From a bacterium (lineage in GTDB: Bacteria; SAR324; NAC60-12), in the NCBI GenBank assembly GCA_965209155.1, contig OZ242383.1:3808001-3872000 (forward strand): a DNA stretch of 64,000 nucleotides, given 5' to 3'. The position numbers and the translations under genes are program-made. Shown here one piece after another: positions 51,195 to 62,255 of this stretch (within the stretch, counting starts at the first letter, position 1; each line of letters opens with the position of its first letter). Below the pieces are notes generated by a model. That model was not told the DNA's origin. It searched no databases and saw only the letters and a list, made by a program, of their open reading frames with translations.

Positions 51195-52208
51195 ATGTCA
51201 ACTATTCAAAGTCGTGAAATTCGTTTGAAAAGCCGGCCGAAAAAGTTACCAACTGCAGAAAATTTTGAATTGGTGGAAACCACGGTTCCGCCCCCTGAGG
51301 CGGGGGAAATCCAGGTAAAAAATCTTTATATGTCGGTAGATCCTTATATGCGAGGACGAATGCGGGATGCGAAAAGTTATGCGGACCCATTTCAAATCGG
51401 AGAAGCGATGACCGGTGGCGCAGTTGGTAAAGTAATTGCGTCACGGTCTCCGGATTTTGCTGTCGGAGACTATGTCAATACCAATCTGGGATGGCGAGAT
51501 CATTCGGTGGGACCGACAACAGGTGTTTCTAAAATCGATCCTTCCAAGGGACCGCTTTCTGCTTTTCTCGGCACTTTGGGAATGCCTGGTATGACCGCCT
51601 ATGTCGGGTTAAATCAAATCGCGAAGCTTCAACCAGGTGAAACGCTCTTTGTTTCCGCCGCCGCCGGTGCCGTAGGGGCAGTTGCCTGTCAAATCGGGAA
51701 AAATCTTGGCTGTCGAGTGGTTGGCAGCGTTGGTTCCAATGAAAAAGCAGACTGGCTGAAAGAGGAAGCAGGTGTGGACGTGGCAATCAATTATAAAACG
51801 GTGGACCATCTGGAATCCAGGATTGCGGAAGCCTGTCCGGATGGCATTGATGTCTATTTTGAAAATGTCGGTGGAGAGCATTTGGTGGCATCTTTAAATT
51901 TGATGAATCGATTTGGTCGAATTGCGTTATGCGGAATGATCGCTATGTACAATGAACCCATTCCCGGACCCCGTAATTTGGCCGTGGCGATCGGACAACA
52001 ATTACGAATTCAAGGATTTATTGTCTATTCCCATTGGGACCTATACCCTCAATTTCTCAATGAAATGGGAGATTGGATTGCGAAAGGAAAGCTCAAGTGG
52101 AAAGAAACGGTGGTGCAGGATCTGGAAAAGGCACCCGACGCGTTCATTGGACTATTCAAGGGGGAAAATACAGGCAAAATGGTCGTTCAACTGGCGGAAG
52201 ATGAGTGA
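51195..52208 (+). CDS. NADP-dependent oxidoreductase (CurA/prostaglandin reductase family)
   Basis: SVDPYMRG, GMPGMTAY, AAAGAVG and GENTGK motifs. Confidence 0.92.
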   Translation: MSTIQSREIRLKSRPKKLPTAENFELVETTVPPPEAGEIQVKNLYMSVDPYMRGRMRDAKSYADPFQIGEAMTGGAVGKVIASRSPDFAVGDYVNTNLGWRDHSVGPTTGVSKIDPSKGPLSAFLGTLGMPGMTAYVGLNQIAKLQPGETLFVSAAAGAVGAVACQIGKNLGCRVVGSVGSNEKADWLKEEAGVDVAINYKTVDHLESRIAEACPDGIDVYFENVGGEHLVASLNLMNRFGRIALCGMIAMYNEPIPGPRNLAVAIGQQLRIQGFIVYSHWDLYPQFLNEMGDWIAKGKLKWKETVVQDLEKAPDAFIGLFKGENTGKMVVQLAEDE

Positions 52209-52253
52209 GAATAATCGCGCCAATGATTCAGGGATGAACGAGTTCAGCCGATT

Positions 52254-52685
52254 TCATAATTCCCTTTGAGAGAGAATTTCAAATCCGGAATATTGTGCTT
52301 CAAAAAATTTTTTATTGTTTTTTAAAAACTCTGCAAAATCCCAATCTTCACTGCTGAACCGGTCGGCAAACTCAGGTTTGAGCACATAGGTTTGCGCCGG
52401 TTCACAGTATCCTTTTTCGAGTTTTACTTCAACGATTTCCCTGCGATATTGATCTCCTTCAAAGAGATCGAGTCGCTTCCATGCAGCGGAGGACAAGTTG
52501 TTGTATAGTCGTCCAAGGGTCGTTGCTCTGGAACAGGCTACGATACCAGGATAAATTTCCCCCTTGAGGCATTTTCTTTGGTATTCGCGCAACAATCCTT
52601 TTTTGCCGTCAAAGTAAGTGCCCGTGACCGCAAAAAGAATGTCTTCACACATTAAAGTTCCGTATGCAAATAAATTGCACGTCAT
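52254..52685 (-). CDS. gamma-glutamylcyclotransferase (AIG2-like) family
   Basis: FAYGTL, YPG and LDLFEG..Y motifs. Confidence 0.85.
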   Translation of the reverse strand: MTCNLFAYGTLMCEDILFAVTGTYFDGKKGLLREYQRKCLKGEIYPGIVACSRATTLGRLYNNLSSAAWKRLDLFEGDQYRREIVEVKLEKGYCEPAQTYVLKPEFADRFSSEDWDFAEFLKNNKKFFEAQYSGFEILSQREL

Positions 52686-52823
52686 TTCTCCCCGCAGGAA
52701 AGCGAAACAAATACCTTTTAAATGCGAATTCACGTTTATCCTGTCTATTGGGTTTATCAAGGGTCTAACCTGACAAGCCGATCAGAATCGCAAGGGAAAC
52801 GTGTTCAGACAGTAATAATCGGG

Positions 52824-53084
52824 TTAACGGGAGGTGTTTTCCCGGCGCGGTCTGGCTTGGTTCACTTTCAGACTGCGTCCTTTCATATCTTTCCCATCAA
52901 AAGCCTTGATAGCGGCTTCTGCCGCTGTATTGTCAGGCATTTCAACAAAGCCGAAACCTTTCGATTGCCCGGAAAATCGGTCGGTGATGATGCTCACGCT
53001 GGAAACTTCTCCAAATGAAGCAAAGGATTCTCTTAATTCATCTTCTGTAACGCTATAAGGTAAATTACCTACATAAATATTCAT
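52824..53084 (-). CDS. RRM RNA-binding protein
   Basis: IYVGNL (RNP2), KGFGFVEM (RNP1), LKVNQARPR. Confidence 0.95.
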   Translation of the reverse strand: MNIYVGNLPYSVTEDELRESFASFGEVSSVSIITDRFSGQSKGFGFVEMPDNTAAEAAIKAFDGKDMKGRSLKVNQARPRRENTSR

Positions 53085-53286
53085 AACTGACTCGCCTCTA
53101 TAAAGAGTAATGCTTGGATGCTATGGAATAACTGGTTTTAGCCAATCATTCGACAACTTCATTCTTATCCTATGGTATTCTTAAGTGATTTTTAAGATAG
53201 TGTCAAATTCAATTCGACAAGATCTCCAAATTACTCAAGCTTGCGCAATTGCTATAATTGAACAATGGTTGAAAGTGATTGAATAA

Positions 53287-54261
53287 TTAATAAACACCTG
53301 CTGTCCTGGCACGCTGTTGGATCAAAGAGAGGATCATATTGATTGTTGGCGTGTCGACCGCAACCATTCGTCCCATTTCCTGTACAACATTGAGCAAGAC
53401 GTCGATTTCCATGGGCCGTTTACGCTCCAAATCTTGCAACATGGAAGTTTTATGTGAGCCCACTGCCGAAGCGCCTTCAATGCGATGATCCACATCCACG
53501 GCAAAACGAACGCCAAATTTCTCTCCTACCGCTTGGGCCTCCAACATCATGGTACGGGCTAGTCGACGGGTTCCCGCATCAGCGCAAATGGCATCCAATG
53601 TGGCATGGGTGAGAGTGCTGATAGAATTGAAAGCAAGATTACCCCATAATTTGAGCCAGATTTCATCGCGAATTTGCTCACGGACAGGTGCTTTGAATCC
53701 TGCCTTGATGAGGGATTTGCTAAGCCTTTTCACTCGTTCTGTTTTATCTCCGCTGGGTTCTCCCAAGGTGAGACGATTTCCTTCCACGTGACGGATGACA
53801 CCTGGTGCGATCAACTCACAAGCCGGATAAATCACACATCCGATAACACGACGGGGATCGATTCCAGACCACTGGAGTCCTCCGGGGTCTATACTTGCCA
53901 GTTGATAATTGGCCCAGCGACCGTCCATCCTGTAGAAATACCACCATGGAATTCCATTGATTCCCCAGACAACTGATGTCTGCGGATCAAACAGCGATTG
54001 CATGGCATCAACGACTTTCAGGACTGAAGGTGCTTTTAAAGTAACAATGACATAATCTTGAACGCCGACTTCCGCAGGATTGTCGGTACTGGGAAGGCGT
54101 ATTCTCCGTTCTTCACCTCGAATCAGCAACTTCAATCCATCTCGTTGTATCGCCTTCAAGTGAGGTCCCCTGGCTATTAATTTTACATTTTCTCCAGCCA
54201 ATGCCAGTTGCACTGCCAGGTAACCTCCGATTGCGCCAGCGCCATAGATACAGATACGCAT
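53287..54261 (-). CDS. ketopantoate reductase family protein (PanE2/oxalyl-CoA reductase-like)
   Basis: GAGAIGG, NGIPWWYF, WLKLWGN and TSMLQD motifs. Confidence 0.88.
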   Translation of the reverse strand: MRICIYGAGAIGGYLAVQLALAGENVKLIARGPHLKAIQRDGLKLLIRGEERRIRLPSTDNPAEVGVQDYVIVTLKAPSVLKVVDAMQSLFDPQTSVVWGINGIPWWYFYRMDGRWANYQLASIDPGGLQWSGIDPRRVIGCVIYPACELIAPGVIRHVEGNRLTLGEPSGDKTERVKRLSKSLIKAGFKAPVREQIRDEIWLKLWGNLAFNSISTLTHATLDAICADAGTRRLARTMMLEAQAVGEKFGVRFAVDVDHRIEGASAVGSHKTSMLQDLERKRPMEIDVLLNVVQEMGRMVAVDTPTINMILSLIQQRARTAGVY

Positions 54262-55778
54262 TAACCCAACCCCAATTTTTTCGCAAGTCCGATGCGTTTC
54301 AACTTACCAGTCGCGCTTTTAGGAATTTCATCCAAGAGACGTATTATGCGAGGAATTTTGAAATGGGCAAGGCGGGACCTGGCAAATGCGCGAATTTCTG
54401 ATTCTGTCGTCTTCGTCCCTTCTTTAAGTACGATGGCGGCAGCCACCTCCTCCCCTAATTTATCGTGGGGAATCGCAAAAGTGACAACTTGCTCAACAGC
54501 GGGATGGTCCAGTAGCGTTTCTTCAACTTCCCGGGGAGAAATTTTCTCTCCGCCGCGGTTGATGATTTCCTTGAGGCGTCCAGTGATACTCAAGTACCCC
54601 TCTTCATCCATGACGCCTTGATCCCCGGTACGAAACCAATCCTGAATAAAACTCTCGGCATTTGCTTCAGGATTGTTTGCATATCCGGATATAACATTGG
54701 CTCCTCGGATGACGATTTCTCCTTTCGTTCCTGGTTGTTGGAACCGCCCTTGATCGTCCATGATAGCAATCTCCGGACCTGCAGCTACCCCCACAGTACC
54801 GGGTTTACGCGCCAGAGGCGGCAGAGGATTGCTTGACATTTGATGCGCTGCCTCCGTCATCGCATAACTTTCAATAACCGGGACTTTAAAAATGCTCTCC
54901 AGTTCGGTCAATACTTGGGGAGGCAATGACGAGGATGATGATCGTATGAAGCGCAAGGGTGCCGAAATCAGTCGATTCCGGTTTTTCCGCGCACGTAGCA
55001 AAATAGCCTGATGCATGGTGGGTACTGCCGAATACCAAGTGGGTTGGGCTTCTTCAAGCCATGAAAAAAATTTCAGAGCATTGAAGCCAGGTGCGCAAAA
55101 AACACTGGCCCCCGCGCTTAAAGATGCCAGAATCGGAGCCATTAAACCATGAATATGAAACAAAGGCATAATATTCAGGCAGCGGTCTTGGGATGTCAAT
55201 TGTAATGTCTGGCAAATATTGCTTACCGACGTACAGACATTGCGATGGCTCAATGCCACAAGTTTGGGTCGAGAGGTTGTACCCGAAGTATGCAATAGCA
55301 GTGCAAAATCGTCAGTCTCTGCGAAATTTGGGGGAACTGTTGAATTCCGAGTCCCCTTTGGAGAAATCGGAAATATGTCAAACAATCCCGCCCTTTCATT
55401 TTGGACAAGTTCCAAGACAGGAATTTTACGGGCATGCGCGGCATCTTTGGCAGGTGTGGCGCTGTTTTTTTCTACCAGTAGTGCCTTGACGTCTAAATCC
55501 GAAAGGTAAAAATCGAATTCCTCCCGCTGACAGGCAGGGTTTAGCGGTGCTGCGGTAGCACCTGCGGCTATTGAAACAAATGCGGAAGCCATTAGCGGAC
55601 CATTGGATAAGACAATTGCAACAGGATCATTTCTTTCAATACCCAATTGATTCAATGTGGAGACCGTCTTTACAACATGGGCACGCAAGGCCCGGTAAGA
55701 AAGCGACTGTTGCCCGGGAGCGGCAATCGCCTCCGCATCATCCAGACCTGATTTCAAAAGCTGGGGAATGGATTTCAT
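54261..55778 (-). CDS. acyl-CoA synthetase (oxalate-CoA ligase-like)
   Basis: HTSGTTSRPK, PLFHIHG, YAMTEAAHQ and INRGGEK motifs. Confidence 0.88.
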   Translation of the reverse strand: MKSIPQLLKSGLDDAEAIAAPGQQSLSYRALRAHVVKTVSTLNQLGIERNDPVAIVLSNGPLMASAFVSIAAGATAAPLNPACQREEFDFYLSDLDVKALLVEKNSATPAKDAAHARKIPVLELVQNERAGLFDIFPISPKGTRNSTVPPNFAETDDFALLLHTSGTTSRPKLVALSHRNVCTSVSNICQTLQLTSQDRCLNIMPLFHIHGLMAPILASLSAGASVFCAPGFNALKFFSWLEEAQPTWYSAVPTMHQAILLRARKNRNRLISAPLRFIRSSSSSLPPQVLTELESIFKVPVIESYAMTEAAHQMSSNPLPPLARKPGTVGVAAGPEIAIMDDQGRFQQPGTKGEIVIRGANVISGYANNPEANAESFIQDWFRTGDQGVMDEEGYLSITGRLKEIINRGGEKISPREVEETLLDHPAVEQVVTFAIPHDKLGEEVAAAIVLKEGTKTTESEIRAFARSRLAHFKIPRIIRLLDEIPKSATGKLKRIGLAKKLGLG

Positions 55779-55856
55779 TGCTCAGATCGTAAATAGTTTA
55801 TATTGAGGGAATCTTTCTTTGCCGTGAAATACAAGTAGCAACAGTTCTTTATTTGC

Positions 55857-57527
55857 TCAAAACAACCCCTCAACCTCTCCTTTATCATTCATCTTGATGT
55901 GATTGGCAGCCGGTACCCTGGGAAGTCCGGGCATAGTCATGATATCTCCGCAAACCACCACAATGAATCCGGCACCCGCGGAAAGTCGGATTTCACGAAT
56001 TGGAAGTTCAAACTCAATTGGTGCGCCTTTTTGATTGGGATTGGTGGTGAAACTGTACTGTGTTTTAGCGATACAAACAGGAAGGTTGCCAAATCCGTTA
56101 TCTTCAAGATATTTTATTTGATTGATGGTTTTTTGATCAGCAGTAATTTCTGCTGCACGATATATTCTTGTGGCAATCGTTTCGATTTTTTCCCAAATTG
56201 GCATCTCGTTCGGATATGACATAGCAAACCGGCTTGTTTCACCATCAGCGAGATCCGTTACCATTTCCGCCAATTCAAGGGAACCGTCACTTCCCTCCGC
56301 CCAATGCGTGACGGTGATGGCTCTCACTTCGTAATCAGCTGCCAGTTCACGAATGGCTGCAATCTCAGCATCGCTATCCACATCGAAACGGTTGATAGCA
56401 ATCACCATAGGAACACCAAACGAGCGAATGTTTTCTATATGCCTGCAGAGGTTCACGCATCCGTCTTTTACTGCTTGAACATTTTCTTTTCCAAGATCGT
56501 CTTTACCCACCCCCCCGTGCATTTTTAAAGCACGCGAAGTTGCCACAATGACGACGACATCGGGAATTAAATTTGCGCTACGACATTTGATATTGAAGAA
56601 TTTTTCTGCTCCGAGATCTGCGCCGAATCCAGCTTCGGTTACTACGTAATCAGCTAACTTAAGGGCGGTTTTCGTTGCGATTACAGAATTGCAACCATGA
56701 GCGATATTGGCAAAGGGACCTCCATGAATAAAAGCCGGATTGTGTTCCAAAGTCTGCACGAGATTCGGCGAAATGGCGTCTTTCAATAAAACCGTCATGG
56801 GTCCTGGTGCCAAGATTGTTTCAGATGTTATTGCTTTTTGGTTACGGGTATAGCCGATCACGATTTTGCTCAATCTATTTTGCAAATCAGTTAAATCATT
56901 TGCCAGGCAAAAAATCGCCATTATTTCCGAAGCAACGGTGATGTCAAAACTATCTTCACGGGGAAGACTATTGGTCACTCCTCCCAATCCTATGGTAATT
57001 TGGCGCAGTGCGCGATCATTCATATCCAAAACACGTGGCCACGCAATTCTTCTGGGATCAATACCTGCCGCATTGCCCCAATGGAGATGGTTATCAATCA
57101 GAGCTGATAATAAATTGTGGGCGACACCAATAGCGTGGATATCCCCTGTGAAATGTAAATTGATATCTTCCATGGGGACTACCTGCGCATATCCTCCACC
57201 CGCCGCGCCGCCTTTCATTCCAAAACATGGACCGAGAGACGGTTCTCTCAAGCACACAATGGCGTTTTTACCAATTTTATTCAGCCCGTCGCACAGACCA
57301 ACAGAAGTAGTCGTCTTGCCCTCACCCGCTGGAGTTGGCGTGATAGCGGTCATCAGGATCAATTTACCATCCGGGCGATCCTCCAGCCCTTTTACAAGAT
57401 TCATACTTACCTTGGCTTTGCTGTGTCCAAAAGGAATCAAAGCATCCTCAGGAATATTCAATTTTGCTGCAATGTCAGCAATTGGTTTCAAACTGGCTTG
57501 TTGCGCAATTTCAAGATCACTTTTCAT
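55857..57527 (-). CDS. fhs: formate-tetrahydrofolate ligase
   Basis: [31 protein letters not shown] and MPGLP motifs. Confidence 0.97.
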   Translation of the reverse strand: MKSDLEIAQQASLKPIADIAAKLNIPEDALIPFGHSKAKVSMNLVKGLEDRPDGKLILMTAITPTPAGEGKTTTSVGLCDGLNKIGKNAIVCLREPSLGPCFGMKGGAAGGGYAQVVPMEDINLHFTGDIHAIGVAHNLLSALIDNHLHWGNAAGIDPRRIAWPRVLDMNDRALRQITIGLGGVTNSLPREDSFDITVASEIMAIFCLANDLTDLQNRLSKIVIGYTRNQKAITSETILAPGPMTVLLKDAISPNLVQTLEHNPAFIHGGPFANIAHGCNSVIATKTALKLADYVVTEAGFGADLGAEKFFNIKCRSANLIPDVVVIVATSRALKMHGGVGKDDLGKENVQAVKDGCVNLCRHIENIRSFGVPMVIAINRFDVDSDAEIAAIRELAADYEVRAITVTHWAEGSDGSLELAEMVTDLADGETSRFAMSYPNEMPIWEKIETIATRIYRAAEITADQKTINQIKYLEDNGFGNLPVCIAKTQYSFTTNPNQKGAPIEFELPIREIRLSAGAGFIVVVCGDIMTMPGLPRVPAANHIKMNDKGEVEGLF

Positions 57528-57667
57528 AGTTTCAGAACAAAGATGATTTTTTAATTTCAGAATTTATGACTTTAATAAGTTTTTGTTACCTGAACTTCAA
57601 GTTACTTTTAAAAGTACAAAGTAAAATTTGTTAAAAAGTGTTTAATGTCTGACAGGTTTTGAACAAG

Positions 57668-58060
57668 TTATAGTAAGGACTGCCACTTCCCTACAACTTC
57701 AAACGTTTCGTTTTCGCCAGGCCAGGGTGGCATGGTCACCGCCACAGCTGTCAGCGGCTCATCACCTATCGATCGGAATTGAAAATGAGTATTAACCGGG
57801 ATTGAGATGCACACTCCGCACTCCACAGATACCACTTCCTCCTGCTGATCCAATTTACGCCACATCTCCCCACGTCCTTGTAAAAAAAACCAAAGTTCTT
57901 CTACGGAACGGTGCGCAACAGGAAGTGAAGTTTGGCCCGAGGCTAATTCAAAATGGGCCATACTACCTCCTTTCAAATTCAACATGATTCTCACATCTGA
58001 ACCATCTGGTGCCTTAACATCCGGCTTATCTGGTAAATATTTAGTTTGGAATAGATTCAT
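57668..58060 (-). CDS. cupin domain protein
   Basis: APDGSDVR, H..VEELW and FQFR motifs. Confidence 0.85.
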   Translation of the reverse strand: MNLFQTKYLPDKPDVKAPDGSDVRIMLNLKGGSMAHFELASGQTSLPVAHRSVEELWFFLQGRGEMWRKLDQQEEVVSVECGVCISIPVNTHFQFRSIGDEPLTAVAVTMPPWPGENETFEVVGKWQSLL

Positions 58061-58239
58061 GTGAACTCCTTCCTGTACGGGACTTCCATATCAAATTTTT
58101 TCTTCCTCGTTCATCTGATATCACTTTATTCGATAAACAAGTTTCTCACCAGAACCATTTATCCCTGATTTTCCCTCTGGTACCGAAGGGTATGAGTGTA
58201 TTTGAAATCTTCTGGATTCAATCAAATTATATTCTTTTC

Positions 58240-58266
58240 TTGACAATCAAAGTGAGGCCATATAAT
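58240..58266 (+). promoter_or_regulatory. sigma70-like promoter
   Basis: TTGACA-N15-TATAAT about 70 nt upstream of 58334; spacer is short. Confidence 0.5.
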
Positions 58267-58333
58267 TTTTCGCATACAAGCGAATTCCGTACCAATTATT
58301 TATTTTTAAAATTCTGACCAGAGAGAAAGTTAA

Positions 58334-59557
58334 ATGAATTTTGATTTTGGAAAATCAGTTTACGAAAAGTCCCAACAACTTATCGCAGAGGCAAAAGACT
58401 CCAATCAAATCGCAAAAATATTGTGCGATCAAGATCCTCAAGGACATAATTATGGTATTGGAATCCTCCTCGACAATAAAGGTCAGCCATTGGGAAGCTC
58501 CTCTGTTTTACAAAATTATGTTTCCAAAGAACTACAAGACAGTCAGCAGGGAAATTATATGAATTCCGCTAATATTCTCAATGAGGTGAAAGAATCCGTG
58601 CTTCGATGGCAACGAATTCCTCGAAAATATTGGGATCAATTTATCTTAGCCTTGCCTTCAGATGCCGGCACCGGTGCAGTGAAAGTTGCTGTTGAGTTGT
58701 CATTACTTATTAATTCTCAACTCGACACAATTGCTATAGAGGCTTTTGGGTGGCCCGCCTATAAAGCCATTGCCAAAGTCACGAGATTGGCATGCAAAGA
58801 ATTTGATGAAAACTCCACGTGCGAAGAAGTGGGAATTCTTCCGATTTATCAAGCAGGTCCTATGAATACAACAGGAAGAGTACGGAAAGCGGATGTGATT
58901 CAGGAGCGGGTCCATTCTGCCATAAAATACAATCATTCCGTAATTCTCGACCGAGCCTATCCAGGTTTTGAGTTTGCCCATCTCTACAAAACTCATTCAT
59001 TCGATCAGATTATGAGCAAAAGTTATCAGCTCCAAATAGAACCTTTTCTAAAAGCAGGTGTCTCTTTCACTTTGGCTATCAGTCCTACCAAAGCTTTTGT
59101 AACCTTTGCTTTAAGGCCCGGGGGATTGATGTTGTACTTTTGCCCTGAGCGTTCTCACATGCAAAAGGTCAACAATTTCTTAAACATGATAATCCGTGCC
59201 CGGGGTTCCGCATTCGAAAATCCGATCACTCGCGCATTCGTTAAAGCAATGGTTTTTGATTTGGAACGATTGGAGATCGAGCACCATCAATCCCTGAATC
59301 GTTTGGATGAAGCAGAATCTCTCTGGCGAAAGCTTGTTAAAAGCACGGCTATCGAACACCTATATTCTGACAAGTATGCGGGTATGTTTCGAAATCCTCC
59401 TGCCAAATCCGAAGCCGCGCTACACATATACAATGCCCATCTCTATCCTGTATTTTCACAGGGACGTTGCCGGCAAAATGTGACAGGCATCCCGGATGAC
59501 GAACAATTGGCTCGAAAACATGTTGCCGTATTTGCCGAACAATGCTTGAATTCCTGA
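58334..59557 (+). CDS. divergent PLP-dependent aminotransferase class I/II-like protein
   Basis: NYGIG, AGTGAV, W..Y, NTTG, DRAYPGF and SPTK.F....R.G pattern. Confidence 0.65.
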   Translation: MNFDFGKSVYEKSQQLIAEAKDSNQIAKILCDQDPQGHNYGIGILLDNKGQPLGSSSVLQNYVSKELQDSQQGNYMNSANILNEVKESVLRWQRIPRKYWDQFILALPSDAGTGAVKVAVELSLLINSQLDTIAIEAFGWPAYKAIAKVTRLACKEFDENSTCEEVGILPIYQAGPMNTTGRVRKADVIQERVHSAIKYNHSVILDRAYPGFEFAHLYKTHSFDQIMSKSYQLQIEPFLKAGVSFTLAISPTKAFVTFALRPGGLMLYFCPERSHMQKVNNFLNMIIRARGSAFENPITRAFVKAMVFDLERLEIEHHQSLNRLDEAESLWRKLVKSTAIEHLYSDKYAGMFRNPPAKSEAALHIYNAHLYPVFSQGRCRQNVTGIPDDEQLARKHVAVFAEQCLNS

Positions 59558-59623
59558 TTTTTCCTCAACAAGCGTCAAAAAATTTCAGACGGAACTTCCA
59601 ATTCTATTATGTAGGGAGATAAA

Positions 59624-60379
59624 ATGAATGAGTGCGAGCAATTAGCAAATCAGCTAAAAAACTCTTTGAAACTAACATTGTCACCCGTTGGGATTTCTTT
59701 TAATGAAGAAACCTCATCGGAAATACAGTCATTCAAAGGCACTGTTTCAGCAGGTTGCGTATTTTGGCAAGAAGGTACCGACAAAATATTTTTAACTAAC
59801 ACCAAAGACCATGAGCTTTGTTCAATTGGGGTGCATACTCACAATCTGAAAAACCCCGCAGAAAACTTTGCGAGTGAATTAAAAGAATCTTTATCGGCAA
59901 TGGCAGGATTGGACTATGTTCGCGAGGAAGAGGTGGCTCAAATTCCCGTCCTGAGGAAGAAACCTCGCAATGTCATATATGGTCCGCTTGAAAAATTTTC
60001 TAAGAAACCCGAAGTTGTGTTGTTATTTGCCAATGCTCAGCAGGGGTTAATTATCAGTGAAGCCATCACTCGTGAAGATAAAACCATTCCATTCGCCATG
60101 GGGCGTCCAGCATGCGCAGTGATCCCACAAGTTGTCAATCAAGGAGTGGCGGTGCAGAGTTTGGGTTGCTGTGGTGCGAGAGCTTATTTGGATAAATTTT
60201 CAGATGATCTTTCATTATGGGCATTTCCGGGAAAAAAAATTGATCTCTATTGCAAGCAAATTTCAACGCTTGCCAAAGCCAATGCAACTTTGTCCATATT
60301 TCATGGAAACAGAAAAAAAGATGTAAATGCGGGATTACAACCCTCAATCCAGGATTCATTAAAACGTCTTTCTTCCTGA
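59624..60379 (+). CDS. DUF169-like Cys-rich protein
   Basis: PVGISF, GC.FW, YGPL, RPAC and SLGCCGAR motifs. Confidence 0.7.
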   Translation: MNECEQLANQLKNSLKLTLSPVGISFNEETSSEIQSFKGTVSAGCVFWQEGTDKIFLTNTKDHELCSIGVHTHNLKNPAENFASELKESLSAMAGLDYVREEEVAQIPVLRKKPRNVIYGPLEKFSKKPEVVLLFANAQQGLIISEAITREDKTIPFAMGRPACAVIPQVVNQGVAVQSLGCCGARAYLDKFSDDLSLWAFPGKKIDLYCKQISTLAKANATLSIFHGNRKKDVNAGLQPSIQDSLKRLSS

Positions 60380-60429
60380 TCTGTTGCTAACCACAGGGCA
60401 GATGCGGGCAGACTGATATCGGCCAGAAG

Positions 60430-60794
60430 TCCGCCATGACCTTTATTGCATGAAAATAATCGAGCAGGGCCGCTTGTTTGGTAACCAGGGCGGTTTGCCG
60501 TTGCGGCAGAATCAAGATCCCGCTGGCGAGGCCGACCCGCTCGGTCACTGCCGCAATGTAAGTCATGGTAACAAAGATCTCATGGAACGAGTCGTCCACA
60601 TCGTAACTACCATTTGCTTTAACTAAAGTCTCATCAAAGTCGGATATCGCTGATCAGTCTGCCCCGAGGACGTGGTCCGAGACCACAACAAAATCGATGC
60701 CGATCGCCTCTGCCGCCTGGGCCCAATCGCGGATCACGACGTGGTCGACCGGCAGGTCATTGGTCGGAAAAAACGCGCCAATCTGAATACTCAT
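60430..60794 (-). pseudogene. LLM-class F420-dependent oxidoreductase remnant
   Basis: MSIQIGAFFP...WAQAAE...DHVLGAD*, frameshift, then FHEIFVT...ILILPQRQTALVTKQAALLD, then truncated. Confidence 0.85.
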
Positions 60795-61009
60795 ACTCTT
60801 TCCTTTCTATTCTCAATAACGGATGTTACGTGAATAGTTTTTGCATGCAAATACCTTTTCCATCTTTGGGCTGTCCAAGGGCAAAGGCCGACGTGGAACG
60901 GGCAGAGCAGCAAGGGGGGAGAGGGGAGACAGGAGTTTCCATTGCTGTGGGTCAAAAAATTTATCCTTCGTAAATCTCATGCACGTAACATGAGTTATGT
61001 AAGTAGAAA

Positions 61010-62080
61010 TTACAAGGCATGAGGGTCGATGGTCACCCACCGTTGTTCAGCAGCTCCCTGGTAGAGCGCTTCCATGACATAGCTCCGGTAGGCGGCTTCA
61101 TGGACACTCACCAGGTGTTCTGATTGGTTCTTGATGACCGCATCTATGAAGAGATTGAGAGGTACAGGCATTTCCGGGGGTAAATCTGTCCAGGGTTCTT
61201 TGCCAGTCGCCTTTGCGTCGCCTTTGATGAAAAAAAAGAGGTCGTCTCCCGTGTCTATATCACGGTTACTGATAATTTGGTGGGGCATTCCGGGGGTGCC
61301 CCGGATAAAGGCATGGCCTTCGGTGCCGGTGATGATCAACGAGGTGGGTTCGACCCAATCCAGAAAGCCGGCAGACATCGTCGCCAGGATGCCATTTGTG
61401 AAGCGTAAGATGGATTCTCCGCATTCCTCGCAGCCGGGATACCGCTGCAGGGGACGGGTGAAGGTGGCGGTCACGGCTGCTAACTCGGCAAGATCGCCGA
61501 TGAGAAAGAGCAGCAGATCCAAGCTATGGGTTCCCACATCTCCAAAGGCCCCGAAGCCTGATTTTTCAAGATCGGTCATCCAGAGACAATCCCCTTTGTA
61601 GATGTCATCATAAACCCCGGTTGTGCCAAAATCCAAGCGGATGCGGCTGATCTTGCCGAATTTTCTCTCGGTTATTTGCTGCTTGAGAAACCGATGGGCG
61701 GGGTGGTATCGTTTGTAGTAGCCTGTTTGAAAAATCACGCCTGAGGTTTCCAACGCTTGTTTTATTTTCCTGGCATCCACCAAGCCCAGGGCCAGGGGTT
61801 TTTCCACAAAGCAGTGCTTTTTGGCTGCGGTGATTTGCAAGACCAATGCTTCATGGAGAAAGGTCTCCGATAAGACAATCACCGCCTCTAAATCCGGTGT
61901 GTTGAGGACAACGGACACTTCTGTCTTCGCCTCACAGTTGAATTGGTGGGCATACTTTTGAGCAATCGCGGGATCAGGATCCCAAATAGCGACCACTACC
62001 ACGTCGGAACGAGCAGCGATCTCCTCGCAACAGGCGGAGGTGTGGATATGACTGACCCCCAGCAAAGCAATTTTTTTCAT
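61010..62080 (-). CDS. Gfo/Idh/MocA family oxidoreductase
   Basis: start MKKIALLG; KHCFVEKP and DVGTHSLD motifs. Confidence 0.9.
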   Translation of the reverse strand: MKKIALLGVSHIHTSACCEEIAARSDVVVVAIWDPDPAIAQKYAHQFNCEAKTEVSVVLNTPDLEAVIVLSETFLHEALVLQITAAKKHCFVEKPLALGLVDARKIKQALETSGVIFQTGYYKRYHPAHRFLKQQITERKFGKISRIRLDFGTTGVYDDIYKGDCLWMTDLEKSGFGAFGDVGTHSLDLLLFLIGDLAELAAVTATFTRPLQRYPGCEECGESILRFTNGILATMSAGFLDWVEPTSLIITGTEGHAFIRGTPGMPHQIISNRDIDTGDDLFFFIKGDAKATGKEPWTDLPPEMPVPLNLFIDAVIKNQSEHLVSVHEAAYRSYVMEALYQGAAEQRWVTIDPHAL

Positions 62081-62163
62081 GATTTTTCCTTGCCCCTCTC
62101 TACCAGTCTTTGTGCCAGGCCAGCACCAACCCAACCTGTTCCGCCGGTAATTAGTATAGTCAT
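62077..62163 (-). pseudogene. 28-aa N-terminal remnant of an NAD-dependent epimerase/dehydratase
   Basis: MTILITGGTGWVGAGLAQRLVERGKEKS*, GxxGxxG motif, GGGAGA RBS. Confidence 0.7.
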
Positions 62164-62255
62164 TAGTTTTTCTCCCTATTATAATCTTAACGTTTACATT
62201 AATTTCTTTTTCAAAACATAAACCTCCCCCCATTCACACTGAGGTTCTGGCCGGC

